This document shows positions 17,371 to 27,246 of a stretch of DNA of 44,829 nucleotides, one piece after another (position 1 is the stretch's first letter; the number at the start of each line of letters is the position of its first letter). This DNA comes from Escherichia phage VB_EcoS-Golestan. The DNA lies in sequence record NC_042084.1; one strand, given 5' to 3'. The notes beneath the pieces are model-generated. The model was given only the letters and a program-made list of their open reading frames with translations. It was not told the origin of the DNA and did not search any database. The translations under genes and the position numbers were made by a program.

Positions 17371-18788
17371 TGAGCGACTTATACTTTCCACGTAGCCTTA
17401 AGCCGGTGGTATCAAAAGGCTACTCAATGACCAGACGTAACAACGTCTGGAGTGTAGATTTAGCCGGTGGCGGGGTGCGTCAGGGCCGTGACACGTATTA
17501 CGACGTGTTCCCTGTTAGCGTAACCCTGATTACATCCGCAATGGGGCGACAGGCGTTTCTGTCGTTCCTCGAGAAAGTCGATGGTGGCGCGTCAAGTTTC
17601 TGGATGGCGCACGACTTCGGCATGGGTATTGAGGATTATCAGGTAACCATCACGTCCACTATAGCGGAGTCCACCGAAGACGGGATTAACTGGACAATTA
17701 CCTTCACGGCAACCGCCGAGAAATCGCCGTTCCAGGACCTTGAGAACCAATGCCTGATTAACAATCTTCCGGATTTGTATGGCTGTTATGGTGATTGCCT
17801 GGGCAGTTTCCTGAAAATATATGCGAACTACGAGACTACGTTCCCACGCATCTGGAGTAATGAAGGGCCTGCGGGATACCCGCCAATTAACCTTCTGGCG
17901 TCCGCGCTGGATAGCCGCATTGTTTATGAGGGGCCACAGGTATACCACATCAACCGAAACGGCAATCTTGTGCCATCAGCCGCAAATGAATGGCCCCTTA
18001 CGTTTATTGACGGGGTTGCTGTTGGGCGTGTGCCACCAGAAGGCGGTTCTATTAACTACCAGATAGGCGGGTTAGGTATTGGGTGGGTACATACTTTCAA
18101 CCGTATACCACTAACATCAACAGAGGACAGTGTATATCAAGGCAACCTGGCGGGCACAGTCACCCCAACAGCAGAAAATAACAGCCATTTCTTGTATGCC
18201 GAATCGCTGGGGGATTCAGTAATAGATGTTGGGGAAACATATACTGCTACGGTAATTCTTAAGGCGAATGGTGTCCAGTTTATTCAGGTTTATTGGAACG
18301 CAGGTAGCACAGGGATTTCACCGCACTACTCTAACTTCGACCTTATTAATAAAGCTGTATCAGGCACGGCGACATCGGCTTTCGTAACTGAAATATCTGA
18401 TGGGTGGGTTCTATGCTCAACTACCACAACCGCGACAGGAGACGGTTCTGCACTATCCTCCATCGCGGTGGCAAGCGTACCGTCTATGACGTCTACCAGA
18501 CTCCCGTCTTACGCATCGGATGGAGCATCTTCTTTTTCAGTTGCGTCCGCTCAGGTTGAAAAAAAACCATTTGCCACGTCGCCGATAGTAACTGACGCAT
18601 CACCATCCGCCCGCCCGGCGGCATCGGCAAAAGTAGCAATGAACGGCGCAACAAGCATCGACATTACCTATTCTGACGGCACTGTGGTAAACATTCCAGC
18701 GATTGGAGATTACGCCGCCATCCCACAGGCTGATTCTGCGTGGGGCAGTAAATACATCACTCGTATTGATTTTAATGTGGGCGGTTAA
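17370..18788 (+). CDS. minor/distal tail protein with C-terminal extension
   Basis: First gene after the tape measure gene; its ATG overlaps the TAA. 472 aa. Confidence 0.5.
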   Translation: MSDLYFPRSLKPVVSKGYSMTRRNNVWSVDLAGGGVRQGRDTYYDVFPVSVTLITSAMGRQAFLSFLEKVDGGASSFWMAHDFGMGIEDYQVTITSTIAESTEDGINWTITFTATAEKSPFQDLENQCLINNLPDLYGCYGDCLGSFLKIYANYETTFPRIWSNEGPAGYPPINLLASALDSRIVYEGPQVYHINRNGNLVPSAANEWPLTFIDGVAVGRVPPEGGSINYQIGGLGIGWVHTFNRIPLTSTEDSVYQGNLAGTVTPTAENNSHFLYAESLGDSVIDVGETYTATVILKANGVQFIQVYWNAGSTGISPHYSNFDLINKAVSGTATSAFVTEISDGWVLCSTTTTATGDGSALSSIAVASVPSMTSTRLPSYASDGASSFSVASAQVEKKPFATSPIVTDASPSARPAASAKVAMNGATSIDITYSDGTVVNIPAIGDYAAIPQADSAWGSKYITRIDFNVGG

Positions 18789-18791
18789 CTT

Positions 18792-19307
18792 ATGAGTCAG
18801 GAATCAGTAGAAGCAGCCTACCGCCGTAAGCTGGCCTCAAACCCCGACGGCGAGATTGACTACACGACGCTGGAGATAGTGCATCCGCTTCTTTCGAAGC
18901 GGTATTTACTTGTGCGCGGGCTACAGGAACTTACGGCAACACTGGAGACAGGCGAAACTATCACATTCGAACCTACCCCGATGGAGGCGTCGGGGGCGGC
19001 TAACAACAGTGATATGGACCAGACGACAACATTCACTCTGCCGGATATTCTCAATCAACTGGATGATGAGATGGATAAAATCCCGATGAGTAATACCGAG
19101 TTACCGAAGTTCATATTCCGCCGTTACGTCAGCACTGACCTGTCTTACCCGGCTGACGGCCCTGTCGTGTACGAGTTACAGGCCATTAATCAGGAGAAGG
19201 GCGAGTTCTCCGCAGATGTCGGTACACCTATGCTGAACCAACGAAGCACTGGTATACTGATGACACCTAAAGAGATACCGTTATTACGCGGCCTGTTGAC
19301 CACATGA
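18792..19307 (+). CDS. minor tail protein (DUF1833 / L-like)
   Basis: Position matches gpL. The N-terminal pattern YTTLEIVHPLLSKRYLLV is as in the DUF1833 family as remembered. Confidence 0.55.
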   Translation: MSQESVEAAYRRKLASNPDGEIDYTTLEIVHPLLSKRYLLVRGLQELTATLETGETITFEPTPMEASGAANNSDMDQTTTFTLPDILNQLDDEMDKIPMSNTELPKFIFRRYVSTDLSYPADGPVVYELQAINQEKGEFSADVGTPMLNQRSTGILMTPKEIPLLRGLLTT

Positions 19308-19669
19308 ATATTAACGACTACACGGGAATACCTTACGACTTTCGCAAACGCAATTGCTGGCATCACGTTCGCATTGTACGGGCCGATGCCGGGTTAGAAA
19401 CCCCGGCGTTCGACGTTACAAGCCCAACGGCGATTAACGAAGCGTTCGACGAAGGCCATCGTGACACGAAGGGGCTTACGAAGATTGATAAGCCTGAAAA
19501 CTTCTGTGCGGTGCTTATGGGGTATCGCCGTGGCGGTCGTATCGTGTGGCACGCGGGAGTTTACTTCGACGGGATGGTGAGTCATTGCGAGCTTGCGTCC
19601 CGTCAGGTACGACTTGACCGGCTGGCGGACCTCAGAGACACGTACACGGAGATTGAATTTTGGCGATAA
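19304..19669 (+). CDS. tail tip assembly protein with NlpC/P60-like Cys-His (K-like)
   Basis: CWHHVRIV...WHAGVY...SHCE gives a Cys/His pattern. The position lies between the L-like and J-like genes. Confidence 0.5.
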   Translation: MNINDYTGIPYDFRKRNCWHHVRIVRADAGLETPAFDVTSPTAINEAFDEGHRDTKGLTKIDKPENFCAVLMGYRRGGRIVWHAGVYFDGMVSHCELASRQVRLDRLADLRDTYTEIEFWR

Positions 19670-22227
19670 TCCTGCACTACACGCGAAATGCCGACGGGGC
19701 TTTCGACCGTACAAAACACGTCGGGATGCCGATGGAGTTTGTCGTTAACCGTATCCCGGACGGCGTTCCGGTACGCGTCTATCTTGGCGAGATTGGTGAT
19801 GATACTGATGTTACAGACGACTTCGACGCGCTCAAAGACGAGGACGCCGTGTACCACATTATTGAGGGCGCTGGCGGCGGCATTGGCGACGCCCTTGGGA
19901 GTGTATTCAGTTTCATCCTTAAGCCAATCGCCAAATTGTTCGGGCTAAACACAGCGGCTAACGCTAATTATTCCGCTACCAACAATCAGGCTACGTCGCC
20001 TAACAACAGTCTCACCGACCGCTCAAACAAGCCACGACCTTATGAGCGTTCTTATGATATCTGCGGGACAGTGCAGACCATCCCCAATGACCTGATGCAA
20101 ACATATAAGGTGTTTAATGCCGCGGGTGCGCTTATTGAATATGCGTACTATGACGCCGGTCGAGGGTATCTGCATATTGAGGAAGACGGTGTAACTGAGG
20201 CAGATACCCGAATCAGCGAGATAACTGGCTCGTCGGTGGCGGTGTATTCCCCTTACACTTCGCCGAATAACACCAACGCCCCACAATTGCATATTGGCGA
20301 CCCGATAGACCAGAAATTGTACGTTACATTTAAAAACGCCGATGTCGATGGCGCTGTTCTTCCCGCCCCTAATGATATCGCTATAGACGTGCAGGACTAC
20401 ACTGTCCAGCGGCAGGGAACAACCGGCGTTGTAATAGGCGATGACGCTGGTTTCGATGAGTTTTTGGCTGTCGGAGACCTGGCATATTTCGATAACGTAT
20501 ATGCGGACACAACTCCTGGGTCTTTAGGTAATGAGGTTAACTTAGACGGGAGGTACACTGTTCTTTCTGTTAGTGAAACGACCCTTATTGTGGACGTCAG
20601 TACAAATCAATCAATATGGAACCAGCTAGGGTCATCGGTGTGGTTTATAGGTGAAGAGGGTAACCATCTCATAGGTCCGGCGGACACTTACGCGGCTTCC
20701 CTCTCTGAATGGGCGTACATCACCCGCGGTACGGTCAACCGTGTTGTAGCCAATGTCGCCGCCAGCAACGGCATGTATAAATATAACGGCGATTATAACC
20801 GTGCCTCCGTTACGGTGGAACTGCAATACCAGATGGTGGACGAATTGAAACAGCCCGTTGGTGGCATATTCACCGTGCAAGGCACTGTTACAGGGAGAAA
20901 CACCGATTACACTGGTATTACCCTATACGGAAGCTTGCCTACCGCTTCCAGATTCCGCGCCCGTATGCGCCGTGTTTCCGATACTGATAAAGATTTTGAG
21001 GGTACTGTTAGCGACGAGGTTACTTTCACTAATCTGTACGGGCAGTCACTGGATACAACCCCGCACTACGGCAACCGCACTACTGTACACTGCGCTCGTA
21101 AACAAACCCCACGTGCCGCCGAGGTGTCAGAACCGGAACTGCGCATGATTGCTACCGAGATGTGCTACAAATACTTAGGTAACGGCGTATTCGATACGGT
21201 AATGACACCGAACACTCAGGCCGTGCAGTCGCTAATCAGGCTGGCGCGTGACCCTGTGGTGGGTAATCTGGAACTGACAACGGCAAACATGGACAAGTTA
21301 CTCGCTGTGCAGGAAGAAATTGAATCCTATTTTGGAAGTGAATTAGCGGGGCAGTTCTGCTACACGTTCGACGACTACGACACCACGATGCAGGACATCG
21401 TTCAGACCATCGCGGAAGCCGTTTTCTGTACTGCGTACCGTAAAGGTGCGGATATTATGCTGCGATTTGATCGTCCGGTTGCGGGGCCCGAAATGGTGTT
21501 CACCCACCGCAGCAAAACGACCGGTACGGAGAAATGGACGCGCACGTTCAACGATTCGACAACCTACGATAGCCTGTCGTTCTCGTACATTGACCCGGAT
21601 ACAAACGTACAGGAGACGATTTATATCCCGGAAGAACTCGGCGCGAACACCGAGGAGTACGAATCGAAGGGTGTACGTAACTATCAGCAAGCGTACTGGC
21701 TGGCGTGGCGTCGCTACCAGCGCAACACGTTAAGTAAAGTTGTCGTAGAGTTCGAAGCTACCGAAGAAGGCGCTCTCGCTACTCCCGGCGGCGTAATCAG
21801 CGTGGTTAAAGGTTCACGTATCGCGCCTCAGGATGGTTATGTTGTTGCCGTTAATGGGCTTACGCTGACACTGTCGCAACCTGTTACGTTTACCCCCGGC
21901 GATGACCACTCCATCATCCTCAAGAAGCGCGATGGCTCCGTGCAGAGTATTTCTGTTATCAAAGGAAGCCACGACCGCGAGGTGATTATGCTCTCCGCGC
22001 CGGAGGAGGCAATCTACACGGGGAATAGCGCACTAAAAACTGAGTTTTCATTCGGCAACGAAGCAAGGCATAATGCTCAGAAGATAGTTGTTTCTTCAAT
22101 CGACCCCGGCGACGACCGCACGGTCAAGATTACTGGTTACAACTATGACGACGGATTCTATAAATACGACGGCGTCGCGCCATACGGCAGCAGCTTCTCC
22201 GACGGATTCAGCAATGGTTTTAATTAA
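19660..22227 (+). CDS. tail tip / central fibre protein (J-like)
   Basis: 855-aa ORF after the K-like gene, with a probable TTG start at 19660. Confidence 0.7.
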   Translation: MAIILHYTRNADGAFDRTKHVGMPMEFVVNRIPDGVPVRVYLGEIGDDTDVTDDFDALKDEDAVYHIIEGAGGGIGDALGSVFSFILKPIAKLFGLNTAANANYSATNNQATSPNNSLTDRSNKPRPYERSYDICGTVQTIPNDLMQTYKVFNAAGALIEYAYYDAGRGYLHIEEDGVTEADTRISEITGSSVAVYSPYTSPNNTNAPQLHIGDPIDQKLYVTFKNADVDGAVLPAPNDIAIDVQDYTVQRQGTTGVVIGDDAGFDEFLAVGDLAYFDNVYADTTPGSLGNEVNLDGRYTVLSVSETTLIVDVSTNQSIWNQLGSSVWFIGEEGNHLIGPADTYAASLSEWAYITRGTVNRVVANVAASNGMYKYNGDYNRASVTVELQYQMVDELKQPVGGIFTVQGTVTGRNTDYTGITLYGSLPTASRFRARMRRVSDTDKDFEGTVSDEVTFTNLYGQSLDTTPHYGNRTTVHCARKQTPRAAEVSEPELRMIATEMCYKYLGNGVFDTVMTPNTQAVQSLIRLARDPVVGNLELTTANMDKLLAVQEEIESYFGSELAGQFCYTFDDYDTTMQDIVQTIAEAVFCTAYRKGADIMLRFDRPVAGPEMVFTHRSKTTGTEKWTRTFNDSTTYDSLSFSYIDPDTNVQETIYIPEELGANTEEYESKGVRNYQQAYWLAWRRYQRNTLSKVVVEFEATEEGALATPGGVISVVKGSRIAPQDGYVVAVNGLTLTLSQPVTFTPGDDHSIILKKRDGSVQSISVIKGSHDREVIMLSAPEEAIYTGNSALKTEFSFGNEARHNAQKIVVSSIDPGDDRTVKITGYNYDDGFYKYDGVAPYGSSFSDGFSNGFN

Positions 22228-22239
22228 AGAGGACTCTAT

Positions 22240-24225
22240 ATGTCAAGCGGATGCGGTGACGTTTTAAGCCTGGCGGATTTACAGACCGCCAAGAAACATC
22301 AGATTTTCGAGGCCGAGGTTATCACTGGCAAATCCGGCGGTGTAGCTACGGGTGCAGACATTGATTACGCAACAAATAAGGTTACCGGGCAGACGCAGAA
22401 GACGCTTCCTGCCGTGTTGCGCGACGCGGGTTTTTCTCCGGTGTCATGGGATTTCTCCACAGGCGGCACGTTAACCGTTAACGACCGGGACAAGGTGGTG
22501 TATGACCCTGTTAGCAAAACATGGTACTCGTACGCAGGTACGTTACCAGTTGTTGTCCCTGCATCGTTTAATCCAGTCGGTAACGCTAACTGGAAGCCGC
22601 AGACAGACCCAAATTTGCGTAATGATTTGGCGTCAAGTACCGCCGGTTTGGGGGCTTCACTGGTGTCTTTTTCCAACGGTAACACCGTTGAAACATTATC
22701 TGACGCGGACGGTGCCAAGAACATAGGCAGCGGCGAAAGGAGTTTGCTTGCACGTAACAATGATATTAAGCATTCAGGAGACTTCTCTACCCTGCAAGCT
22801 GCAGTAGATGCATCGTTACAGAAAAATGACTTACTTATTTCCCCTGGTGAATATACTGAAAAAGTTACTATTGGTAGCGCACAGTTAAAAGGCGTTGGCG
22901 GGGCTGTAGTACTAAAAACACCAGCAGACTTTACAAACACTGTTCAGGTTAATTTATCGACGCCTCATTGGCAATTCCGCCATAGTGGCGGTTTTGCTAT
23001 AGATGGTTCTGGTACAACCGGGGCCGTAGGTATTAGTTTTGACCCGTCAGACCAATATTCCGGACGTCATAATTTTAGTGATTTATACATACACAACATC
23101 AACAAGGCAATTCAGAAGCCTTCCGGGAACATCGGTAATACATGGAGAAATATTGGGGTATCTACGTGTGATTGGGGGTATTACGCGATTAGTGGCTCAG
23201 AGATGCATTGCGGGGCCGATACCCTCTACAATATCCACTTCGACGGCATCTCCGCCTATGCCGTCTACCTAAACGGCACTGTCGATAACGGCGGGATAGG
23301 CGGATGGTGGCTTAAAGACTCCATTATTGAGGCTTCCGGAGGCGGCGGGATATATTTAAAAAGCAAATCAGGTGACTGCCCTATATCTCCATGCGGGGTA
23401 TCCAATGTATGGACGGAAGCGATTGCAACATCATCGGCTGTTCAGGTAGACGGCGTGGCGCAAAAACCGCGAGTTCTCAAGTTGGTAGACACCGCGATAT
23501 TCTTTGCTGAGTATTCTTATCTCAATAACATCGAGCTATCCAACTCCAACTTAGTAACTTATGGTTGCCGTTTTGACAACGCCGATGGTAATCAGGATAT
23601 TGTAGTGGATGCACAAAGCACCATCGTAGCCCACGACGTGTATTTAAACGGCAGTTCTGGAAAGGACGTTATTGTAGAGTCTGTCGCGTCGCAATCCGCA
23701 ACGGTAGCCACTACAAACTTGTCTCTGCGAGGAAATTTAACAAGGGGACGAGTGTTTAATACGCCGACGGGGAATAAGTTAAAAGCTATCACATTTGACT
23801 CAGGTAGCCATAATTTTTCTGGTAGCGGTACCGTTAACGGTTCGACTGTATCTGACGGACTTCACGCCGCTACATGTACCGAATTTTCATTCCCTGGGTC
23901 CGGTTTATATGAAATGGTAGCGTCAAGAACGACACTTACATCCGGTAGATGGTACGTGTGGGGCGTCAACTCTCGCCTCCAATCAGGAACAGCAGATGTG
24001 AGTATAACGTCAGGTATTACTATGGGTAGCGTTTATACTAAGTCTGGTGAGTGGATTAGCACATTTGGGGTGGGTAAAGCTTCCGCTAACGGTACTGTAA
24101 GTCTGTACGTCTCTACTGCGGGAGGTTCAGGTGCTGTTATCAGATTTAGCGACTTCTTCATCGCTGAGTTTACGACGCAGGCTCAGGCTTTAGCTTTCGC
24201 TAACTCCAGAATGTCGTTGGCTTAA
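22240..24225 (+). CDS. tailspike (right-handed beta-helix depolymerase-like)
   Basis: The N-terminal module MSSGCGDVLSLADLQTAKKHQIFEAEVITGK is recalled from enterobacterial siphovirus and T5-like spikes. The body has beta-helix-like repeats (GGFAIDGSG, IHNINKA...). Confidence 0.75.
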   Translation: MSSGCGDVLSLADLQTAKKHQIFEAEVITGKSGGVATGADIDYATNKVTGQTQKTLPAVLRDAGFSPVSWDFSTGGTLTVNDRDKVVYDPVSKTWYSYAGTLPVVVPASFNPVGNANWKPQTDPNLRNDLASSTAGLGASLVSFSNGNTVETLSDADGAKNIGSGERSLLARNNDIKHSGDFSTLQAAVDASLQKNDLLISPGEYTEKVTIGSAQLKGVGGAVVLKTPADFTNTVQVNLSTPHWQFRHSGGFAIDGSGTTGAVGISFDPSDQYSGRHNFSDLYIHNINKAIQKPSGNIGNTWRNIGVSTCDWGYYAISGSEMHCGADTLYNIHFDGISAYAVYLNGTVDNGGIGGWWLKDSIIEASGGGGIYLKSKSGDCPISPCGVSNVWTEAIATSSAVQVDGVAQKPRVLKLVDTAIFFAEYSYLNNIELSNSNLVTYGCRFDNADGNQDIVVDAQSTIVAHDVYLNGSSGKDVIVESVASQSATVATTNLSLRGNLTRGRVFNTPTGNKLKAITFDSGSHNFSGSGTVNGSTVSDGLHAATCTEFSFPGSGLYEMVASRTTLTSGRWYVWGVNSRLQSGTADVSITSGITMGSVYTKSGEWISTFGVGKASANGTVSLYVSTAGGSGAVIRFSDFFIAEFTTQAQALAFANSRMSLA

Positions 24226-24229
24226 AACT

Positions 24230-24253
24230 AAGGCCCCAAACGGGGCCTTTTCT
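24230..24253. terminator. bidirectional terminator AAGGCCCC-AAAC-GGGGCCTT
   Basis: Lies between the tailspike gene and the leftward operon end. Confidence 0.7.
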
Positions 24254-24391
24254 CTACTCTTCTGATAACTTCTCCAGTACAAACGCCAGTTGCGCATTAG
24301 CGGCGTCTCTTTGCTGGCGTAATCGTAGAACCTCTTCTTCAAGTTCCTTGATACGTTTTTGTAATGCCGGAATCGGGGCTATGATATTCAT
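24254..24391 (-). CDS. 45-aa coiled-coil micro-protein
   Basis: MNIIAPIPALQKRIKELEEEVLRLRQQRDAANAQLAFVLEKLSEE. It has an ATGA overlap with the Toprim gene stop and is below the track cutoff. Confidence 0.35.
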   Translation of the reverse strand: MNIIAPIPALQKRIKELEEEVLRLRQQRDAANAQLAFVLEKLSEE

Positions 24392-24903
24392 CTGGTAAAT
24401 TTCCTCGCAAGATACGTTATTTCTTCTTCACAAAGTTCATCGAGGTCGTTAGATACAAATCCTCTGGAGAATGTTCTGCTAAATTTTAAACCAGCTTTAT
24501 CATTATCCCCAGCGCACACCCAATCATACGGCAGAAGTGACATTTGCCGCCGTAGGTCAGTTGGTATATTCGACCCAAGTGCGCTTACGGCATTGAACCC
24601 GCAATTCATCAAAGCAACAGCTTTAAATATGCTTTCGGTAACAAATACTGTCCCACTTTCAGGAAGGTACTCCAACCCCCATAAACACGGCCTTGTTGTT
24701 CGGGTAAAGTACCGCGCGTCTTTAGGGTTTTTACAGTTCTTTTCAGCATGTGGCTTGTAATGCTGGTATCCTCGTAGCCTACCGTCAAAACCCCACAAGT
24801 AGAATGTAGCAACGCCAGGGGCTAAGACTACCTGGAGACGGTCTGCGTCAAAACCTCGTGACAGCAGATGCGCCTTAAGTAGTAACTCCTCGCCATCCAT
24901 CAT
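24388..24903 (-). CDS. Toprim-domain (DnaG-like) protein
   Basis: VFVTESIFKAVALMNCGFNAVSALG...CAGDNDKAG gives E...DxD Toprim motifs. Confidence 0.65.
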   Translation of the reverse strand: MMDGEELLLKAHLLSRGFDADRLQVVLAPGVATFYLWGFDGRLRGYQHYKPHAEKNCKNPKDARYFTRTTRPCLWGLEYLPESGTVFVTESIFKAVALMNCGFNAVSALGSNIPTDLRRQMSLLPYDWVCAGDNDKAGLKFSRTFSRGFVSNDLDELCEEEITYLARKFTR

Positions 24904-26324
24904 TTCTTACCTCGTCTCTTCATGTAATTAAGCAACTCTTCCTGTACCGATTTCTTCTCGTCAGTACGTGTGGCAACAACCTCGTCCAGCGTGTCTTTAG
25001 CGACGATGTGATAGAGGAACACCGGTCGCTCGTGCCCCGCTTGTTTCTGGCGGACCGGGCCTATACGCTCAACAACCTGCAAATAGTGCTCAAGGTTCCA
25101 GCCTTGCGAGATGAACGCCAGATGATGACCCCCGTCCTGTAAATTCAAACCATGCCCGGCTGACGCAGGATGCACGCATAAAATCTCGATTTCCCCACGG
25201 TTCCACGCTTCCATCTGCTTATTACCCTTCGCACCTTTGGCAAATGCCTGGGCCTGCGGGAATCGCTTAAGGATGCGCTCCAGTTCGTGCTTGAACTGAT
25301 AGGCCACCAGTAACGGCGCGCCCTGTAACTCTTCCACAATGGACTCCAGTGCGTCCAGTTTCGTGTCGTGCACTTTCTCCCAGTCTTTGGTTGCTTCGCC
25401 GTCAGGGCCCGAAACATACACGGCACCGGAGGCAATCTGCAGACACTTCGACGTCTTCGCCGCAGCGTTAGCCGCTTCAACTTCTCCGCTTTCCAGTTCC
25501 GCGAATAGCTTCTCCTCCATATCGATGTACGCCTGACGTGCTTTCTTCGGCAGGTCGATTTCAACCGGCACGATAACAGGCGCTTCACAACCGAACCACT
25601 CGGCGGCGTCAATCGTCAGACTGATGTCCTTCATCTTCTGGTGAATCTCGTTATCTGCACCAGGGCGGGCGTGATATTCACGTGCCATCGCAGATTTTCC
25701 TTTCTGTACCGAATTAAACCAGCGGTCGGTGAATGCTGTATACGACGAACCTAGGCGCTCGCCAGCGTCGATAAACCAGTTCTGGCCCCACAAATCCTTG
25801 AGGCCGTTTGGTGACGGTGTACCAGTCAGGTTAATAAAACGCTTAACCCTTCCGAAAGCCACTTTACTAAGCGCCTTTGCACGCTTGCTACCACCTGAAC
25901 GGCTGCGGAATGATTTAAGCTTCGTGCTTTCATCTGCAACGATAACCGTAAAAGGCCAGTCGTCTTTGCCGTAGTAGTCAATCAGCCACTCGATAACCTC
26001 ATAGTTCGTGCAAACCACGTTAGCATCTGACTCCAGCGCCGCGATGCGGCGCTTCTCTGAACCAGTCGCATCTACAACACGCAGACATGGGAATTGCCAT
26101 TTCTCTTGCTCTGCAGGCCACGTACCAGACGCAACCCGCAGCGGGGCGAGGATTAACACGCGGTCGTCATCATTAAGTTGGCCGTTTCGGAACAGTCGGT
26201 TTAATGCCCACAGTACGCTGCCAGTCTTCCCAGCGCCCATGCTTGCCCATATGTTGCAGCGATGGTGCCGCAGCATGAACGAAGTCATGAGCTTTTGGTA
26301 CTCACGCCTTTGAAACTTACTCAT
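24900..26324 (-). CDS. SNF2/DEAD-like helicase
   Basis: Walker A SMGAGKTG, a DEST box (VIVADESTKLK) and C-terminal helicase motifs (HPASAGHGLNLQ). Confidence 0.8.
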   Translation of the reverse strand: MSKFQRREYQKLMTSFMLRHHRCNIWASMGAGKTGSVLWALNRLFRNGQLNDDDRVLILAPLRVASGTWPAEQEKWQFPCLRVVDATGSEKRRIAALESDANVVCTNYEVIEWLIDYYGKDDWPFTVIVADESTKLKSFRSRSGGSKRAKALSKVAFGRVKRFINLTGTPSPNGLKDLWGQNWFIDAGERLGSSYTAFTDRWFNSVQKGKSAMAREYHARPGADNEIHQKMKDISLTIDAAEWFGCEAPVIVPVEIDLPKKARQAYIDMEEKLFAELESGEVEAANAAAKTSKCLQIASGAVYVSGPDGEATKDWEKVHDTKLDALESIVEELQGAPLLVAYQFKHELERILKRFPQAQAFAKGAKGNKQMEAWNRGEIEILCVHPASAGHGLNLQDGGHHLAFISQGWNLEHYLQVVERIGPVRQKQAGHERPVFLYHIVAKDTLDEVVATRTDEKKSVQEELLNYMKRRGKK

Positions 26325-27246
26325 TTACCGCCCCCATGAATGCCTTTATAAATTCAGCAGCTACTTGCGGGACGATGGCATTGCCGTAACCGCGCAATCG
26401 TCCCACTCTGGCGGGTATCCCATCAGCCAGCGGGAATGTGCCGGGTTCAACTGGCCTGAATTTTCCATCCCGGCATCCGAGCCAGTCTGCCTCTGACCAG
26501 AAGCCGTGATGCGGATTGGTCGCGATATTTTCAGTCCCTGCTCCGTTGAGTAGTCCAGCCTGTCGAAAGTCCGGTCCTTTCCGTCCTTGCGAATCACTGT
26601 CTCTCCGCTCCCTCTGTAATCGTTCGCGGTCGGCGTCGCCCATGCCGTCATCGCGGCGGCCCACCCCAGTTTGTTCGGTTTCGTCCTGCCGTCTGTGCTG
26701 CGCATGTTCACGTCGTTTGTTATCAGTGATACTGCTGGCGTGGGCCAATCTATGCGCGCCGAAGAAAAGTCGGTCGCGTTTGTGCGGTGCGCCGACGCTA
26801 CAAGCTGGGAGTACGGCAAACCCGACGGCGTAGTTTTCTCCTTCCAGGTGAGTTTGTAAATCGCACATCCACGATTTTGCAATTGCTGGCGCAACCTGCT
26901 CCCCAAAGAGGACTGGAGGGCGGCACTCGCTGATGAGGTCGAGGAACACAGGTGCGAGGTGTCTCGGGTCGAACTGTCCGAGTTGCTTTCCCGCTGCGCT
27001 AAACGGTTGGCAAGGCGGGCTTCCCGTCCAGAGAGGCGCATCTTCCGGAACTCCCGCAAGTCTGAGCGCGAGAGGCCAGCCGCCGATACCAGCGAAAAAA
27101 TGACACTGGGTGAATCCGTCGAGGTCTTCTGGCTTAACTTCAGTAATGCTTCTTTCATCTACAACTCCAAAAGGTATGTGACCCTGTTTTATTAATTCAC
27201 GCAGCCACGCGGCTGCGCCTTTATCCCATTCGTTGTAATAGTTCAT
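26317..27246 (-). CDS. DNA (cytosine-5) methyltransferase
   Basis: Motif I FFAGIGGW, motif IV PPCQPFSAAGK, motif VI FGEQV, motif VIII APHKRDRLFF and motif X GYGNAIVPQVA. Residues about 165-245 are R/D/E/Q/G-rich low complexity. Confidence 0.85.
   Translation of the reverse strand: MNYYNEWDKGAAAWLRELIKQGHIPFGVVDERSITEVKPEDLDGFTQCHFFAGIGGWPLALRLAGVPEDAPLWTGSPPCQPFSAAGKQLGQFDPRHLAPVFLDLISECRPPVLFGEQVAPAIAKSWMCDLQTHLEGENYAVGFAVLPACSVGAPHKRDRLFFGAHRLAHASSITDNKRREHAQHRRQDETEQTGVGRRDDGMGDADRERLQRERRDSDSQGRKGPDFRQAGLLNGAGTENIATNPHHGFWSEADWLGCRDGKFRPVEPGTFPLADGIPARVGRLRGYGNAIVPQVAAEFIKAFMGAVNE
26361..27158 (-). CDS. alternative-frame ORF nested in the methyltransferase gene (WPTP-repeat region); coding status unresolved
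   Basis: 265 codons in the +1 frame on the same strand. GGAG lies 6 nt before the ATG. The C-terminal 170 aa carry KLTWKEKTTPSG, DWPTP, AWATPTAND and LNPAHSRWLMGYPPEWD. Confidence 0.35.
   Translation of the reverse strand: MKEALLKLSQKTSTDSPSVIFSLVSAAGLSRSDLREFRKMRLSGREARLANRLAQRESNSDSSTRDTSHLCSSTSSASAALQSSLGSRLRQQLQNRGCAIYKLTWKEKTTPSGLPYSQLVASAHRTNATDFSSARIDWPTPAVSLITNDVNMRSTDGRTKPNKLGWAAAMTAWATPTANDYRGSGETVIRKDGKDRTFDRLDYSTEQGLKISRPIRITASGQRQTGSDAGMENSGQLNPAHSRWLMGYPPEWDDCAVTAMPSSRK

Noticed and set aside
18559-18566. A8 homopolymer inside the 472-aa tail gene as a programmed slippage site
   Set aside because: The -1 frame reaches a stop after about 10 codons and there is no second ORF to fuse to. 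It is probably just a Lys-Lys coding run.
25145-25612. 155-aa same-strand alternative-frame ORF inside the SNF2 helicase gene
   Set aside because: The translation is Arg-rich noise (RRRRRS, RRKHVRR) with no recognisable motifs. It serves as a negative contrast to the nested ORF in the methyltransferase gene.
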